From contig CAWFJE010000002.1 in the NCBI GenBank assembly GCA_963816155.1, positions 130,980 through 194,979 of the forward strand: a stretch of DNA of 64,000 bases, written 5' to 3'. How positions within the stretch are numbered: the first letter of the stretch is position 1; each line of letters starts with the position of its first letter. Source of the stretch: an uncultured Actinomycetes bacterium (GTDB lineage Bacteria > Actinomycetota > Thermoleophilia > RBG-16-64-13). The translations under genes were made by a program, and so were the position numbers. Below the pieces are notes generated by a model. It had not been told where the DNA came from. It ran no database searches and worked only from the letters and a program-made list of their open reading frames with translations. Shown one piece after another: positions 28,440 to 40,311 of the stretch.

Positions 28440-28600
28440 CCCAGCTGCAAGCATGGTGCCTCTGCAGTCAGGCTCCGGATAACGGAGCCGAAAGGGAAGC
28501 CCGGTGAGAAGCCGGCACGGTCCCGCCACTGTAACCGAGGCTTCGCGAGGCGGTCGCACTCCGCCCCCCGAAGACCCCGGGAGCCAGATACCTGCTGTAG
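28440..28600 (+). promoter_or_regulatory. cobalamin (B12) riboswitch (RF00174-like) in the 5' leader of btuF
   Basis: GGTGCC...AAAGGGAAGCCCGGTGAGAAGCCGGCACGGTCCCGCCACTGTAACCG...GGGAGCCAGATACCTGC contains the B12-box and conserved core. Followed 150 nt later by the RBS AAAGGAG of btuF. Confidence 0.85.
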
Positions 28601-28755
28601 AGGAGGAGCAGTCGCTTTCCGTGGAGAGAGCGCACTCCGCTCCGATATCTCGGAGCGCCACTCGGTTCGACCATGTTGGTCCGGCCGGGGAGTAGCCAAC
28701 CTGCTCTCCACCATCTTGCGGGTCGTGACCATAGGCTGAACCGAAAGGAGTCCGC

Positions 28756-29853
28756 ATGAACGGACACCCACAGCCCCATCGCCAACAGATGGGGCCCGTA
28801 GCGTCGTATCCCCGACGCCACTCCGCGTTACTACCATTGCTCCTGGTGGCCGCACTGGCCGTGCTGCTCGCCGGGGCCCTCTTCCTGACCGGGTGCGGGT
28901 CGGACGAAGGCACCGACGACACGGCGACGACGGCCGCCCCCGCAACGTCGAGCACCGCCGCCGGCGCCGATCAGACCACCTCCTCGGCCCCCACGGAGAC
29001 CACTGTTGCTCAGCCTGAGGCAGCCACCTTCCCGGTGACGGTCACCGACGACAAGGGCACCAGCGTGACCATCTCGGCCGAGCCCATGCGCATCGTCTCC
29101 ACGGCCCCGGCCAACACCGAGACGCTGTTCGCCCTCGGTCTCGCCGAGCGCATCGTGGGCGTGACCTCGCTCGACGACTACCCGCCTGAGGCCGCCGACA
29201 TCGAGAAGGTGGGCGACTTCACGGTCAACACCGAGGCCGTCATGGCCCTGAGCCCCGACCTCGTGGTGGGCTACGCCGGCAACGAGGAGGCCCTCGCTCC
29301 GGTGACCTCTGCCGGTGCAGCCGTCCTCATCCTCGATCCCGTGAACCTGGAGCAGATCTACGCCAACATCAAACTGGTCGGCACGGCGACAGGCGCCCAG
29401 GCCAAGGCCGCTGAACTGGTCGAGGGACTGAAGACGGAGATCAAGGCGATCACCGACGCTACGGCCGGAGCCGCGTCGTCGCCGAAGGTCTTCTACGCGC
29501 TGGACAACACGCTGTGGACGGCCGGTCCGGGCTCGTTCGTGGATGAACTGCTTACCATGGTCAACGCCACCAATGTCGGCTCCATGGGAGGCGCAGACAG
29601 CGCCGCCGTGCAGCCCTACTACCAGTTCGCTCCCGAGCAGCTGGTGGCCGCCGATCCCGACATCATCTTGCTGCCCAACACCGCCTATGCCAGCGTGGAT
29701 GAGTTCGTCTCCGACCCCCGTTTCGCCGACCTCAGAGCCGTCAAAGAGGGCAATGTGGTCCTCATCGACGACGTGATCATCACCCGGCCGGGACCGCGCA
29801 TCGGGCAGGGGCTCCTTGCTCTGGCCACGGCCGTGCACCCGGAGGCCTTCTAG
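28756..29853 (+). CDS. btuF: corrinoid/iron-siderophore type ABC transporter substrate-binding lipoprotein (BtuF-like, class III PBP)
   Basis: Lipobox LFLTGCGS followed by a Thr/Ala-rich linker. ...MRIVSTAPANTETLFALGLAERIVGVTS...LSPDLVVGYAG... is typical of the BtuF/FhuD fold. Confidence 0.8.
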   Translation: MNGHPQPHRQQMGPVASYPRRHSALLPLLLVAALAVLLAGALFLTGCGSDEGTDDTATTAAPATSSTAAGADQTTSSAPTETTVAQPEAATFPVTVTDDKGTSVTISAEPMRIVSTAPANTETLFALGLAERIVGVTSLDDYPPEAADIEKVGDFTVNTEAVMALSPDLVVGYAGNEEALAPVTSAGAAVLILDPVNLEQIYANIKLVGTATGAQAKAAELVEGLKTEIKAITDATAGAASSPKVFYALDNTLWTAGPGSFVDELLTMVNATNVGSMGGADSAAVQPYYQFAPEQLVAADPDIILLPNTAYASVDEFVSDPRFADLRAVKEGNVVLIDDVIITRPGPRIGQGLLALATAVHPEAF

Positions 29854-29927
29854 CGACGGCGAGGTATCCGAATCGGTCATGAACGACCGGTCACATACAG
29901 CACCGGTCCTCCGCGCGCGGAGGACCG

Positions 29928-30998
29928 GTGAGCGGGGGCGCGATCCGCTGGGGACCGCGCATGAGCGCCGGCGCCGACCGCCGCAGAATCTACCGTTTGG
30001 TGATGCTCGTCCTGGCGGCGGGCCTTATCGCCGCCGTGGTGACGGCAGCGGTGGTGGGTGCGGCCGGGATGTCCGTCGGCGAGGCGCTCCGGGGCCTCTT
30101 CGCCCTTATCGGTTCGGGCCCCGACGCCCAGGGTGATTTTCCCGCCTGGGCCCCACGGCTCCTCTGGAGCCTACGCCTACCTCGCATAGCATTGGCCCTC
30201 ATCGCAGGTGCCGCTCTCTCCACAGCGGGCGCCTCGTTCCAGGGCGTCTTCCGCAACCCGCTGGCCGAACCCTACCTGCTGGGCGTGTCGGCCGGCGCCG
30301 CGCTGGGTGCCACCATAGCGATCGTCTGGAGGCCTTTGGGTGCCGGCATCTATGGGATACCGGTCCTGGCCTTCGTGGGCGGGGCCGCGGCCGCCTTCCT
30401 CGTGTACCGTCTGGCCACGTTCTCCGGGGTCACCGGTACCGCCTCCCTCCTGCTCTCCGGCGTGGCCATTGGCTCCACCCTCACCGCCGTCACGTCCTTC
30501 ATGATGGTGGCCACGGAGAGAGACCTACACACGGTCATAGTCTGGCTCATGGGCGGGCTGACGACGGCCACGTGGACCAAGGTCTACATCACTCTGCCCG
30601 TGGTCGCCGGCGGCTTCGTATACATGATGCTGATGTCGCGGCGCATGAACCTCCTCCTCATGGGCGAGGAGCGGGCGCGCGAGCTCGGTGTGGACAGCCA
30701 GCGCACCCGCCGCAACCTGATGATCGTGGCCTCGCTCGTCACCGCGGCGGCGGTGGCTTTCACGGGGCTGATAGGCTTCGTGGGGCTGATGGTGCCGCAC
30801 ATCATGCGCCTGCTGGTGGGTCCCGATCACCGCCGCCTCCTCCCCGCCACGGCCCTCTTCGGGGCCCTGCTCCTGCTACTGGCCGACACGGTCGCGCGGA
30901 CGATCCTTGCCCCGGCCGAGATACCGGTGGGCATCATCACCGCAGCCGTCGGGGGCCCCTTCTTCCTGTATCTGCTCCGCATCCGCAGAGGAGTCTGA
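29928..30998 (+). CDS. btuC: FecCD-family ABC permease (BtuC-like)
   Basis: 10-TM FecCD pattern (...LLGVSAGAALGA...; GGPFFLYLL). GGAGGA RBS before GTG 29928; alternative ATG at 29961. Confidence 0.8.
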   Translation: MSGGAIRWGPRMSAGADRRRIYRLVMLVLAAGLIAAVVTAAVVGAAGMSVGEALRGLFALIGSGPDAQGDFPAWAPRLLWSLRLPRIALALIAGAALSTAGASFQGVFRNPLAEPYLLGVSAGAALGATIAIVWRPLGAGIYGIPVLAFVGGAAAAFLVYRLATFSGVTGTASLLLSGVAIGSTLTAVTSFMMVATERDLHTVIVWLMGGLTTATWTKVYITLPVVAGGFVYMMLMSRRMNLLLMGEERARELGVDSQRTRRNLMIVASLVTAAAVAFTGLIGFVGLMVPHIMRLLVGPDHRRLLPATALFGALLLLLADTVARTILAPAEIPVGIITAAVGGPFFLYLLRIRRGV

Positions 30999-32290
30999 TG
31001 GTGACCGTGGGTCATGACGTCTTCGATGTGCGCGGGCTCGAGGTCGCGCTGGGAGGGACCCGCGTACTGGGACCGCTCGATCTGCAGATAGAGCAGGGTG
31101 GCTTCCTGGGCATCTTGGGACCGAACGGGTCGGGCAAGACCACCCTGCTGCGCGCCCTCACGGGAACGGTCAAGCCGACGGCCGGCACGGCACTGCTCGA
31201 GGGCCGCCCCCTGCGCGAGTACCGGGCGAGCGAACTGGCCCGCCGGGTCGGAGTAGTACCTCAGCAGTTCTACCTCGACTTCAGCTTCACTGTTCGCGAG
31301 ATGGTGAGTATGGGCCGCTATGCCCACCCGCGCGGGGCAGGGAAACACGAGCGCGAAGCCGCCGACGGAGACCACGCCGAGGCCGTGGAGGCCGCGCTGG
31401 CTCAGACCGGCCTCATGGAGTTGGCTGACAGGTTGGTCACCGGGCTCTCGGGCGGCGAGCGCCAACGCGCCCTCATCGCGCAGACCCTGGCCCAAGAGAC
31501 TCCCACTCTCCTCCTGGACGAGCCGCTCAACAACCTCGACCTCAACCATCAGCTGGAGATCATGCAGTTGTTGGCCCGGCTCCACGATGAAGGCCGTACC
31601 ATCGCCGTGGTCCTGCACGACCTCAACATGGCCGCCCAGTACTGCCAAGAACTGCTGCTCCTGAACCACGGACAGACGGCCGCGCGAGGCGAGCCGAGCG
31701 CGGTGCTCGATCCTCATGTCATCCTCGATGTCTTCCGCGTGCGGGTGGCGGTCCACCGGCAGGGTCAGAGGCCCTACGTCACGCCTTTGTGGACGCAGTC
31801 CAGGGGAGACCTCTGCCAGGGGGAGGAGCCGTCCGCGAGCGTGCATGTCGTCGCCGGCGGTGGGGCGGCTTCCGAACTCATCGAGGAACTGGTCCTGCGC
31901 GGATTGACCCCCAGCGTGGGCATAGTGAGTGTGTTCGATACCGACTACTCCACCGCGCAGCGCTACGAGCTCGAGGTGGTCTCCGCTCCGCCCTTCCAGC
32001 CCTTCCCGCCCGACGCCCTCCAACAACTGGCGCTGCACATCAGTCAAGCCGAGATGGTGGCGGTCGCTCCGGTCTTCTTCGGCCCGGGCAACCTGGAACC
32101 GCTGCACATGGCTCTCGAAGCCCAGCGCTCAGGAAAGCCTGTGATAATCATGGACCAACCCCCCATAGCCGAGCGCGACCTCACAGGCGGAGAAGCGGAG
32201 CGACTGACGCGGGAGTTGCTGAGCGCGGGGGCCGTGAGGGTCACGAGTACGGCAGAGGTGGTCTCCCTACTGGCGCGGTCATCAGACTAG
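30998..32290 (+). CDS. btuD: ABC transporter ATP-binding protein (BtuD/FecE-like) with an extra ~170-aa C-terminal domain of unknown function
   Basis: ATG overlaps the btuC stop (ATGA). Walker A GPNGSGKTT, signature LSGGERQR, Walker B LLLDEPLNNLD, HDLN. Residues ~265-430 (SVHVVAGGGAASELIEELVLRGLTPSVGIVSV...VFFGPGNLEPLHMALEAQRSGKPVIIMDQ...) form an additional Rossmann-like domain absent from canonical BtuD. Confidence 0.8.
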   Translation: MVTVGHDVFDVRGLEVALGGTRVLGPLDLQIEQGGFLGILGPNGSGKTTLLRALTGTVKPTAGTALLEGRPLREYRASELARRVGVVPQQFYLDFSFTVREMVSMGRYAHPRGAGKHEREAADGDHAEAVEAALAQTGLMELADRLVTGLSGGERQRALIAQTLAQETPTLLLDEPLNNLDLNHQLEIMQLLARLHDEGRTIAVVLHDLNMAAQYCQELLLLNHGQTAARGEPSAVLDPHVILDVFRVRVAVHRQGQRPYVTPLWTQSRGDLCQGEEPSASVHVVAGGGAASELIEELVLRGLTPSVGIVSVFDTDYSTAQRYELEVVSAPPFQPFPPDALQQLALHISQAEMVAVAPVFFGPGNLEPLHMALEAQRSGKPVIIMDQPPIAERDLTGGEAERLTRELLSAGAVRVTSTAEVVSLLARSSD

Positions 32291-32350
32291 GGGGCCGGAC
32301 GACCTCGGGACGGCGGTGCAGCCGCGCAGTCACGCAGTCCCCGGCGGACC

Positions 32351-33799
32351 CTACCTCTCCAGAGCCGCGCAGGCGTCCTGTTCGTAGCGGAACTTCGAGA
32401 GACGCAGGCTTTCCGGCACTTCACAGGGATAGTCGCCGCTGAAACAAGCGGTGCAGAAGCAATCATCAGCCGTGCCCGCCCGCGTGGCCTTCCGCAGACC
32501 ATCCAGGGAAAGATAGGCTACCGAGGTCGCCCCCAGTTCCGCGCTGATCTCGTCCACACTCTTGCCGAAGGCGATGAACTCATCCTGGTCGGCCATGTCG
32601 ATGCCGTAGAAGCACGGAAAAACTATGGGCGGCGAACTGATGCGCAGATGGACCTCGCGCGCGCCGGCTTCGAACAGCACCCGCACCAGGGCCCGCGTGG
32701 TGTTCCCACGCACGATGGAGTCGTCGACCACCACCAACCGCTTGCCACGGATGGCGGTCGCCAAGGGGTTGAACTTCATGCGGATGCCCAATTTGCGCAC
32801 CCGGTCGTCGGGGTCGATGAAAGTCCGGCCGATGTACCTGTTCTTGATGAGAGCCTCGCCGTAGGTGATCCCACTGGCGGCCGCGTAGCCGATAGCCGCC
32901 GAATTGCCCGTGTCCGGGACGGGGATGACCAAGTCCGCCTCCGCGGGGGACTCCCGGGCCAACTCCTCCCCCATGCGGCTGCGGGCGGTATAGAGGGTCT
33001 GGCCCTTCATGAGCGAGTCGGGGCGCGCGAAATAGATGAACTCGAAGATGCAGAGCGACTCCCGCTCCCGCTTGATCACCTGCTCGATATGGTAGCCATC
33101 GGCATCGATCCAGCAGATCTCACCCGGTTCGATCTCGCGGACGAGCTTTGCCCCAAGGATGTCGAGCCCTGAGGATTCGCTCGAGAGACAATAGCGACCG
33201 TCCACCTCGCCCAGCACCAGGGGCCGGATACCGTAGGGGTCGCGGAATCCCACCACTTCTTCTCGGGTGAGAAGGACGGCGCTGAACGCCCCCCGCAGGC
33301 GGGGGATTATGTCGCGGAGGGCCTCCTTGATGTCGTGAGAGGGATGCTCGGCCAGCAGGGCCGCGATGACTTCCGTGTCCGAGGTGCTGGCGAAGATGTG
33401 GCCACTACGCACGAGGTCCTCACGCAGTTGGTCGGTGTTCACCAGGTTGCCGTTGTGCGCCAAGGCTATGAAAGAGCCGTTGCGCGTGCGGGCGAAGGGC
33501 TGAGCGTTGCGGATCTCGTTGGCGCCGGTGGTCGAATAACGGACGTGTCCAATGGCCAACTGCCCGGGCAGGCTGAGCAGAGTCTGCTCCGAGAAGACCT
33601 GCGAGACCAGACCCACGTCCTTGTGCACAATGAGGCGCGACCCGTCGGTGACGGCGATACCCGCAGACTCCTGGCCCCGATGCTGCAAGGCGAAGAGGGC
33701 GAAGAAGGTGAGACGGGCCACATCCATCTCGGGAGCGTAGATGCCGAACACCCCACATTCATCGTGGGGAGAGTCATCCAGCCAGGGGTCCTGCATCAT
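32351..33799 (-). CDS. purF: amidophosphoribosyltransferase
   Basis: N-terminal ...HDECGVFGIYAP (Ntn Cys), GlnA-type GATase and PRTase domains. Confidence 0.9.
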   Translation of the reverse strand: MMQDPWLDDSPHDECGVFGIYAPEMDVARLTFFALFALQHRGQESAGIAVTDGSRLIVHKDVGLVSQVFSEQTLLSLPGQLAIGHVRYSTTGANEIRNAQPFARTRNGSFIALAHNGNLVNTDQLREDLVRSGHIFASTSDTEVIAALLAEHPSHDIKEALRDIIPRLRGAFSAVLLTREEVVGFRDPYGIRPLVLGEVDGRYCLSSESSGLDILGAKLVREIEPGEICWIDADGYHIEQVIKRERESLCIFEFIYFARPDSLMKGQTLYTARSRMGEELARESPAEADLVIPVPDTGNSAAIGYAAASGITYGEALIKNRYIGRTFIDPDDRVRKLGIRMKFNPLATAIRGKRLVVVDDSIVRGNTTRALVRVLFEAGAREVHLRISSPPIVFPCFYGIDMADQDEFIAFGKSVDEISAELGATSVAYLSLDGLRKATRAGTADDCFCTACFSGDYPCEVPESLRLSKFRYEQDACAALER

Positions 33800-34047
33800 C
33801 GGTCGGCTGCCCCGCCGACCGCCGTGTCGTCGTCCGCGCCGAGCTCGGGCGCCGAAGGAGCAGCGCCGCCGGACGGGTCATCCGTCTGAGAGGGACCATC
33901 GGCCGCCTTGCAGTCCGGGCCGCAACCGACGATTTCCCGCCAACCGAGTTGGCTCTGACACACCCGGCACACGCAGGTCCGGGGCAGATATCCCTTCATG
34001 AAAGAGTTGGTCGCTCCGCAGCGCGGGCACACTATCTGGCCGGTCAT
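33796..34047 (-). CDS. small zinc-ribbon protein (CPRC...CRVC) with acidic/Ala-rich tail
   Basis: MTGQIVCPRCGATNSFMKGYLPRTCVCRVCQSQLGW. The stop overlaps the purF start (ATGA), suggesting co-translation. Confidence 0.4.
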   Translation of the reverse strand: MTGQIVCPRCGATNSFMKGYLPRTCVCRVCQSQLGWREIVGCGPDCKAADGPSQTDDPSGGAAPSAPELGADDDTAVGGAADR

Positions 34048-34319
34048 GCTGTCTTCCTCCCCGGCTCCCGTTTGTCACCAAAGCCGTCCCCGCCGAATGC
34101 GGGCGATCTCAGTGTCTTCCTGCTCGCCGGCCGCCACGCACCGCCCCTCTTCGTATACGTGTTGGGTGAGTGGTGGGACCAGGCTTCGATTTTACCAGCT
34201 TCGCCGGAAAGACCGCCGCAAATCGCGCGCCGGCCGAGAGTCCCCAGCCCCGGCCGACTGCCGATCCAGGCTCGGCCACCGGTCGAATCCGGCCGCCCTA
34301 CCAACCCACGCCGGCCGCC

Positions 34320-35621
34320 CTACCAGTCGATCGCAGCCACCCGCTCGAAGATGACGCCCATATGCCGGAGTTGCTCGCTGGGATCGAACAGCCCCTCTAT
34401 CTGCGCGTCCGACAGACGGCTGGTGACCTCCGGATCGTCCTTGAGCAGGCCGAGGAAGGGGGTCTTCTCTTCCCAGGCCCGCATAGCGCTCCGCTGCACG
34501 ATCTGGTAGGCATCGTCGCGGAGCGCGCCCGCCTCGACGAGGGCGAGGAGCACACGCTGACTGTAGATGAGGCCGTAGCTCTTCTCCAGGTTGGCAGCCA
34601 TGTTCTCCGGATAGACGTTGAGCTTGTCGATCAGCCAGCAGGCCTTCCGTAGCATGTAATGAAGGAGGATGGTGCTATCGGGGAAGATGATGCGCTCGGC
34701 GCTGGAATGGCTGATGTCCCGCTCGTGCCACAGCGGGATGTTCTCGAAGGCCGCCATCATGTTGCCGCGGATGATGCGCGCCTGGCCGCAGAGCCGTTCC
34801 GAGATGATGGGGTTGCGCTTGTGCGGCATGGCCGAAGAGCCCTTCTGTCCCGGCGCGAAGTACTCCTCCGCTTCGAGGACCTCGGTGCGCTGGTAGTGGC
34901 GCACCTGCACCGCGATCTTCTCCAGCGTGCTGGCCAGGAGGGCAAGGGCGGCCATGAACTCCGCATGCCGGTCGCGCTGCACGATCTGGGTGGATATGGG
35001 AGCAACCCCGAGGTCGAGCATGGACAGCGCCACGCGCTCCACATCAGGATCGACGTTCGCGTAGCTGCCCACAGCGCCGGAGATCTTGCCCACCGACACC
35101 TGCTCGACGGCCCGCTGTAGCCTCTCAAGCCCCCGCTGCACCTCGAAGGCCCACAGACCCAGGACCATACCGAACGTGATGGGCTCAGCGTGCACCCCAT
35201 GCGTACGGCCGATCATCACCGTGTCGCGGTGTTCCAGCGCCCGCCGCTGCAGGATGCGGCCCAGGACCTTGGTCTCCTGGATGAGCAGGTCGCCGGCCGC
35301 CTTCAACTGCAGGGCCAACCCTGTGTCGAGAACGTCCGACGAAGTCAGGCCGTAATGGATGAACTTGGAAGCACCACCCACCCTTTCGGCCACACAACTG
35401 ACGAAGGCGATGACGTCGTGTTGGGTAACCGCTTCGATCTCGTTCACGCGGTCGACGTCGAAGCCGGCCTTCTGCTTGATCTCCAGCATCGCGTCCTCGG
35501 GAATACGACCCACCTTGGCCCAGGCCTCGCACACGGCCATCTCCACCTGGAGCCAGGCCTGCATGCGCGCGTCGTCGGTCCAGAGGGCCGACATCTCGGG
35601 AGTGGAGTAGCGCAGGATCAT
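34320..35621 (-). CDS. purB: adenylosuccinate lyase
   Basis: MILRYSTPEMSALWTDDARMQAWLQVE...SSAMPHKRNP (fumarate lyase signature). Confidence 0.9.
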   Translation of the reverse strand: MILRYSTPEMSALWTDDARMQAWLQVEMAVCEAWAKVGRIPEDAMLEIKQKAGFDVDRVNEIEAVTQHDVIAFVSCVAERVGGASKFIHYGLTSSDVLDTGLALQLKAAGDLLIQETKVLGRILQRRALEHRDTVMIGRTHGVHAEPITFGMVLGLWAFEVQRGLERLQRAVEQVSVGKISGAVGSYANVDPDVERVALSMLDLGVAPISTQIVQRDRHAEFMAALALLASTLEKIAVQVRHYQRTEVLEAEEYFAPGQKGSSAMPHKRNPIISERLCGQARIIRGNMMAAFENIPLWHERDISHSSAERIIFPDSTILLHYMLRKACWLIDKLNVYPENMAANLEKSYGLIYSQRVLLALVEAGALRDDAYQIVQRSAMRAWEEKTPFLGLLKDDPEVTSRLSDAQIEGLFDPSEQLRHMGVIFERVAAIDW

Positions 35622-35644
35622 GGCGAGTCCCCTTCCTATCGAGC

Positions 35645-36127
35645 CTAGCCGACGGGGGCAGAGATGTCGCCTGGCGAACCGACGACAGCGGCGCTTCCGC
35701 CCTCTGAGGCACCCGCCAGACCACCCACACGCAGGATCTTCGCGGCCAGGATGGCGGCGTTACGCGCCCCGTTGATAGCCACGGTCGCCACGGGCACGCC
35801 GGGCGGCATCTGTACCATGGAAAGCAGGGAATCGAGACCGCCCAGGTCAGAGGTGCGGATGGGTACCCCGATCACAGGGAGGTCGGTCATGGACGCTACC
35901 ACCCCCGGCAAAGCCGCCGCCTTCCCCGCCCCGGCGATGATCACTTTGAGCCCCCGCGCTTCGGCCCCCAAGGAGTATTCGCGCACGGCCTCCGGGTCCC
36001 GATGAGCTGAGATGACGTTGACCTCGTGGGAGATTCCCCTAGTCTCGAGTTCCTTGACCGCCGCATCCATGACTTCCGCGTCCGACTGCGAACCCATCAG
36101 GATGCCTATCAGGGGCTGCCCGCTCAT
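35645..36127 (-). CDS. purE: N5-carboxyaminoimidazole ribonucleotide mutase
   Basis: [11 protein letters not shown]...[18 protein letters not shown]...PVIGVP. ATG overlaps the purD stop (ATGA). Confidence 0.9.
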   Translation of the reverse strand: MSGQPLIGILMGSQSDAEVMDAAVKELETRGISHEVNVISAHRDPEAVREYSLGAEARGLKVIIAGAGKAAALPGVVASMTDLPVIGVPIRTSDLGGLDSLLSMVQMPPGVPVATVAINGARNAAILAAKILRVGGLAGASEGGSAAVVGSPGDISAPVG

Positions 36128-37443
36128 GTGCCCGCCTTTCTCGTTCGTCTCGACTCCCACTCCTCAGCCCTGAGCGCTATGTCGGTGCGATGCTGTGCGC
36201 CAGGGAACGCGACCATCGCTACCCCTGCGTACGCGCGGGCGCGGGCCTGGGCGAAGGTATCCCCCAGCCCCGTGACTGTGAGCACCCGCCCGCCGCTCGT
36301 GACCACCTCGCCGTCCGCACTCTTTGTCGCCGCGTGATAGACCTCGACTCCGTCGAGGTCGCGTACCTGGTCGAGACCGCGGATCACATCGCCTCTGGAA
36401 CTGCTTGCCGGATAGCCGCGCGAGGCGAGGACGACCCCCACCGCCGCCCCTTCGCCCCACTCGACCGCAGCGGGCAGTGCCTCACCCTGTGCGGCGGCCC
36501 ACAGGCACTCGAACAGATCGGAGCGCAGGCGAGGAAGTAGGGCCTGCGTCTCGGGGTCACCGAAGCGGCAGTTGAACTCCAGCACCTTCGGTCCCGACGG
36601 CGTGAGCATCAGCCCGGCGTACAGCACCCCGCGAAAATCGATGCCCCGCCGGCTCAACTCCTCCACCGTCGGCCTGACCACCGTGTCCACCAGACTCGCG
36701 TAGAGCTCGTCGTCCACGGCCGGCACGGGCGAGTAGGAACCCATTCCACCTGTGTTGGGGCCCGCGTCGCCGTCGAGGGCCCGCTTGTAGTCCTGCGCCG
36801 GAGCGAGAGGCAGGATGTGCCGTCCACTCACGATGGCGAGCAGCGACAATTCCTCTCCTTCCAGGAACTCCTCCAGTAGGACGGTTCGCGCGGCGTCCCC
36901 AAAGCGGCCTTCCACGAAGCACTCGGCGAGAGCGGCTTCGGCCTCCTCGAGAGTCTGGGCCACCATGACACCCTTGCCCGCGGCCAGTCCGTCGGCCTTC
37001 ACCACCACCGGCGCCCCGTGGGCTTGGAGGAAGGCAAGCGCGTCGTCGTGATCAGTGAAGAAGGCGGCCTGGCCTGTGGGCACTCCAGCCGCCTCCATGA
37101 TCTCTTTGGCGAAAGCCTTCGAGCCCTCCAGCCGGGAGCCGTCGGCCCCGGGACCGAACACCGCAAAACCCCGTCCGCGCAACCGGTCGGCCAACCCCGC
37201 CACCAGCGGGGCCTCGGGCCCCACCACCGTCAGATCTATCTGCTCCTGCTCCACGAAGGCCACCAGGCCGGGGATGTCCTCCGCCCCTATGGCCACCGTC
37301 TCCGCTTCCTGGGCGATGCCAGCGTTACCGGGAGCGCACACCAGACGGCCCACACGCGGGCTGCGGGCGAGAGCGCGTACGAGAGCGTGCTCGCGAGCCC
37401 CTCCTCCGACCACCAGTACGCTGAACCGCCGGTCTGAGCTCAT
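36124..37443 (-). CDS. purD: phosphoribosylamine--glycine ligase
   Basis: [17 protein letters not shown]...ATP-grasp...[17 protein letters not shown]. Confidence 0.9.
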   Translation of the reverse strand: MSSDRRFSVLVVGGGAREHALVRALARSPRVGRLVCAPGNAGIAQEAETVAIGAEDIPGLVAFVEQEQIDLTVVGPEAPLVAGLADRLRGRGFAVFGPGADGSRLEGSKAFAKEIMEAAGVPTGQAAFFTDHDDALAFLQAHGAPVVVKADGLAAGKGVMVAQTLEEAEAALAECFVEGRFGDAARTVLLEEFLEGEELSLLAIVSGRHILPLAPAQDYKRALDGDAGPNTGGMGSYSPVPAVDDELYASLVDTVVRPTVEELSRRGIDFRGVLYAGLMLTPSGPKVLEFNCRFGDPETQALLPRLRSDLFECLWAAAQGEALPAAVEWGEGAAVGVVLASRGYPASSSRGDVIRGLDQVRDLDGVEVYHAATKSADGEVVTSGGRVLTVTGLGDTFAQARARAYAGVAMVAFPGAQHRTDIALRAEEWESRRTRKAGT

Positions 37444-37453
37444 GGCGACCCCC

Positions 37454-38782
<1,329 letters not shown>

Positions 38783-38886
38783 TCAAAATAAAACGGCGGC
38801 TCCATGCCGCCGGCGCCGCCCGCCTCCGCCCTTCACCACCGGAGCGCTTCGCGCCGGACTTCCTCCGGGCGTGCCACGATTACAGT

Positions 38887-40311
38887 TTACACTAGGCCTG
38901 CTCCCACCCGTTCCGCGACGGCCCGGGCGGCCACCAGCCCTGACGCCGACGCCTGTACCAGTCCTCGGGTCACGCCGGCACCGTCACCGATAGCATAGAG
39001 CCCGGCGATAGGCGTCTCCAGACGAGAGTCCAGAGCCAGCCGCGAGGAGTAGAACTTGACCTCGGCTCCATAGAGAAGCGTGTCCCGACCGCCCACGCCG
39101 GGGAGAAAGGCGTCGAGAGCGTCGAGCATGTCCAGCAGGTCGCGCAGGTGGCGATAGGGAAGGGCGAAACTGAGATCACCGGGGGTGGCGGCGCGCAGCG
39201 TCGGTTCCACCACGCTGCGCGCCAACCTCGTCGGAGTGGTGCGATGCCCCGCCCGCAGATCGCCCAACCTCTGCACGAGGATGTCCTTTCCGAGCATATT
39301 GGCCAAGCGAGCGATGGACTTGCCGTAGGCGATGGGCTCCTTGAAGGGCTCGGTGAAGCGGGTGGAGACGAGAAGGGCGAAGTTGGTGTTGTCGGTCTTG
39401 CGCTCCGCAGCGGCGTAGCTGTGCCCGTTGACGGTGACGGCATCGCCCCAACTCTCCGTGCACACGGCGCCGTGCGGGTTCATGCAGAAGGTGCGCACTT
39501 GGTCCTCGAAATGGCGCGAAGTGTAGAGCAGTTTGGGTTCGTAGAGTTCGCTGGTGATGGCGTCGGTCACCACCGCCGCCACCTCCACCCGCACCCCGAT
39601 GTCGACGGCGTTGCTGACCAGCGGGATGCCCAGTCTCCCGGCCTCGTCCGTCAGCCACGAGGAACCTTGCCGTCCGGGCGCCAGGATCACCGTCTGGCTC
39701 AGCAGCGTCTCCCCATCCGAGGTGACGACACCCGTCGCTCGAGGCCCCCCCGACACCGGCCCAGTCAGAACCCGGGCGACCCCGCGCTGCGTGACGATCT
39801 CCACCTTGTCCTCCAGATACGCCCGCATGGCGGCCAGAACACCGGCCGCGTGCTCCGTGCCCAGATGCCGCACCGGTGAGCGCACCAGACGCAGACCATG
39901 CGGGGAGGCCAGATCGGTCCAGCGATCCAGTTGCTCGGCGTCGTCACCGAAGAGCCGGTCGGGTGCGCCGAACTCGCGATAGGTGTCGTCGACCCGAGAT
40001 ATGAGCCCCTTCAGGGCGTCCTCATCGAGATACTCGCCCAGCCATCCGCCGACCTCGGTACCCAAGGTGAGCTTGCCGTCGGAAAAGGCTCCGGCGCCTC
40101 CCCACCCGGTGGTGATGTCGCAGGTGGGGCAATGCGCGCAGGAACCGGTCTTGCGCGCCGGACAGGAGCGCTCGGAGATATCGGCTCCCTGCTCCAGGAG
40201 CAGCACGCGCAGTCCGGGGTATCGAGATAGTTCGAGGGCCGCGAAGATGCCGGCGGGTCCTCCGCCGACGATGATGGCGTCGTAGCGCCGAGTGTCCCCT
40301 GACATCGTCAC
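38887..40311 (-). CDS. FAD-dependent oxidoreductase (COG2509-like NAD(FAD)-utilising dehydrogenase) with N-terminal CX7CX2CX2C metal-binding insertion
   Basis: YDAIIVGGGPAGIFAAL dinucleotide fold; CPARKTGSCAHCPTCDITTGWGG; C-terminal GLYAIGDGAG. Confidence 0.7.
   Translation of the reverse strand: MTMSGDTRRYDAIIVGGGPAGIFAALELSRYPGLRVLLLEQGADISERSCPARKTGSCAHCPTCDITTGWGGAGAFSDGKLTLGTEVGGWLGEYLDEDALKGLISRVDDTYREFGAPDRLFGDDAEQLDRWTDLASPHGLRLVRSPVRHLGTEHAAGVLAAMRAYLEDKVEIVTQRGVARVLTGPVSGGPRATGVVTSDGETLLSQTVILAPGRQGSSWLTDEAGRLGIPLVSNAVDIGVRVEVAAVVTDAITSELYEPKLLYTSRHFEDQVRTFCMNPHGAVCTESWGDAVTVNGHSYAAAERKTDNTNFALLVSTRFTEPFKEPIAYGKSIARLANMLGKDILVQRLGDLRAGHRTTPTRLARSVVEPTLRAATPGDLSFALPYRHLRDLLDMLDALDAFLPGVGGRDTLLYGAEVKFYSSRLALDSRLETPIAGLYAIGDGAGVTRGLVQASASGLVAARAVAERVGAGLV

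Noticed and set aside
30827-32107. 426-aa minus-strand ORF and 28831..29880 349-aa minus-strand ORF
   Set aside because: Antisense to btuD and btuF respectively; no motifs.
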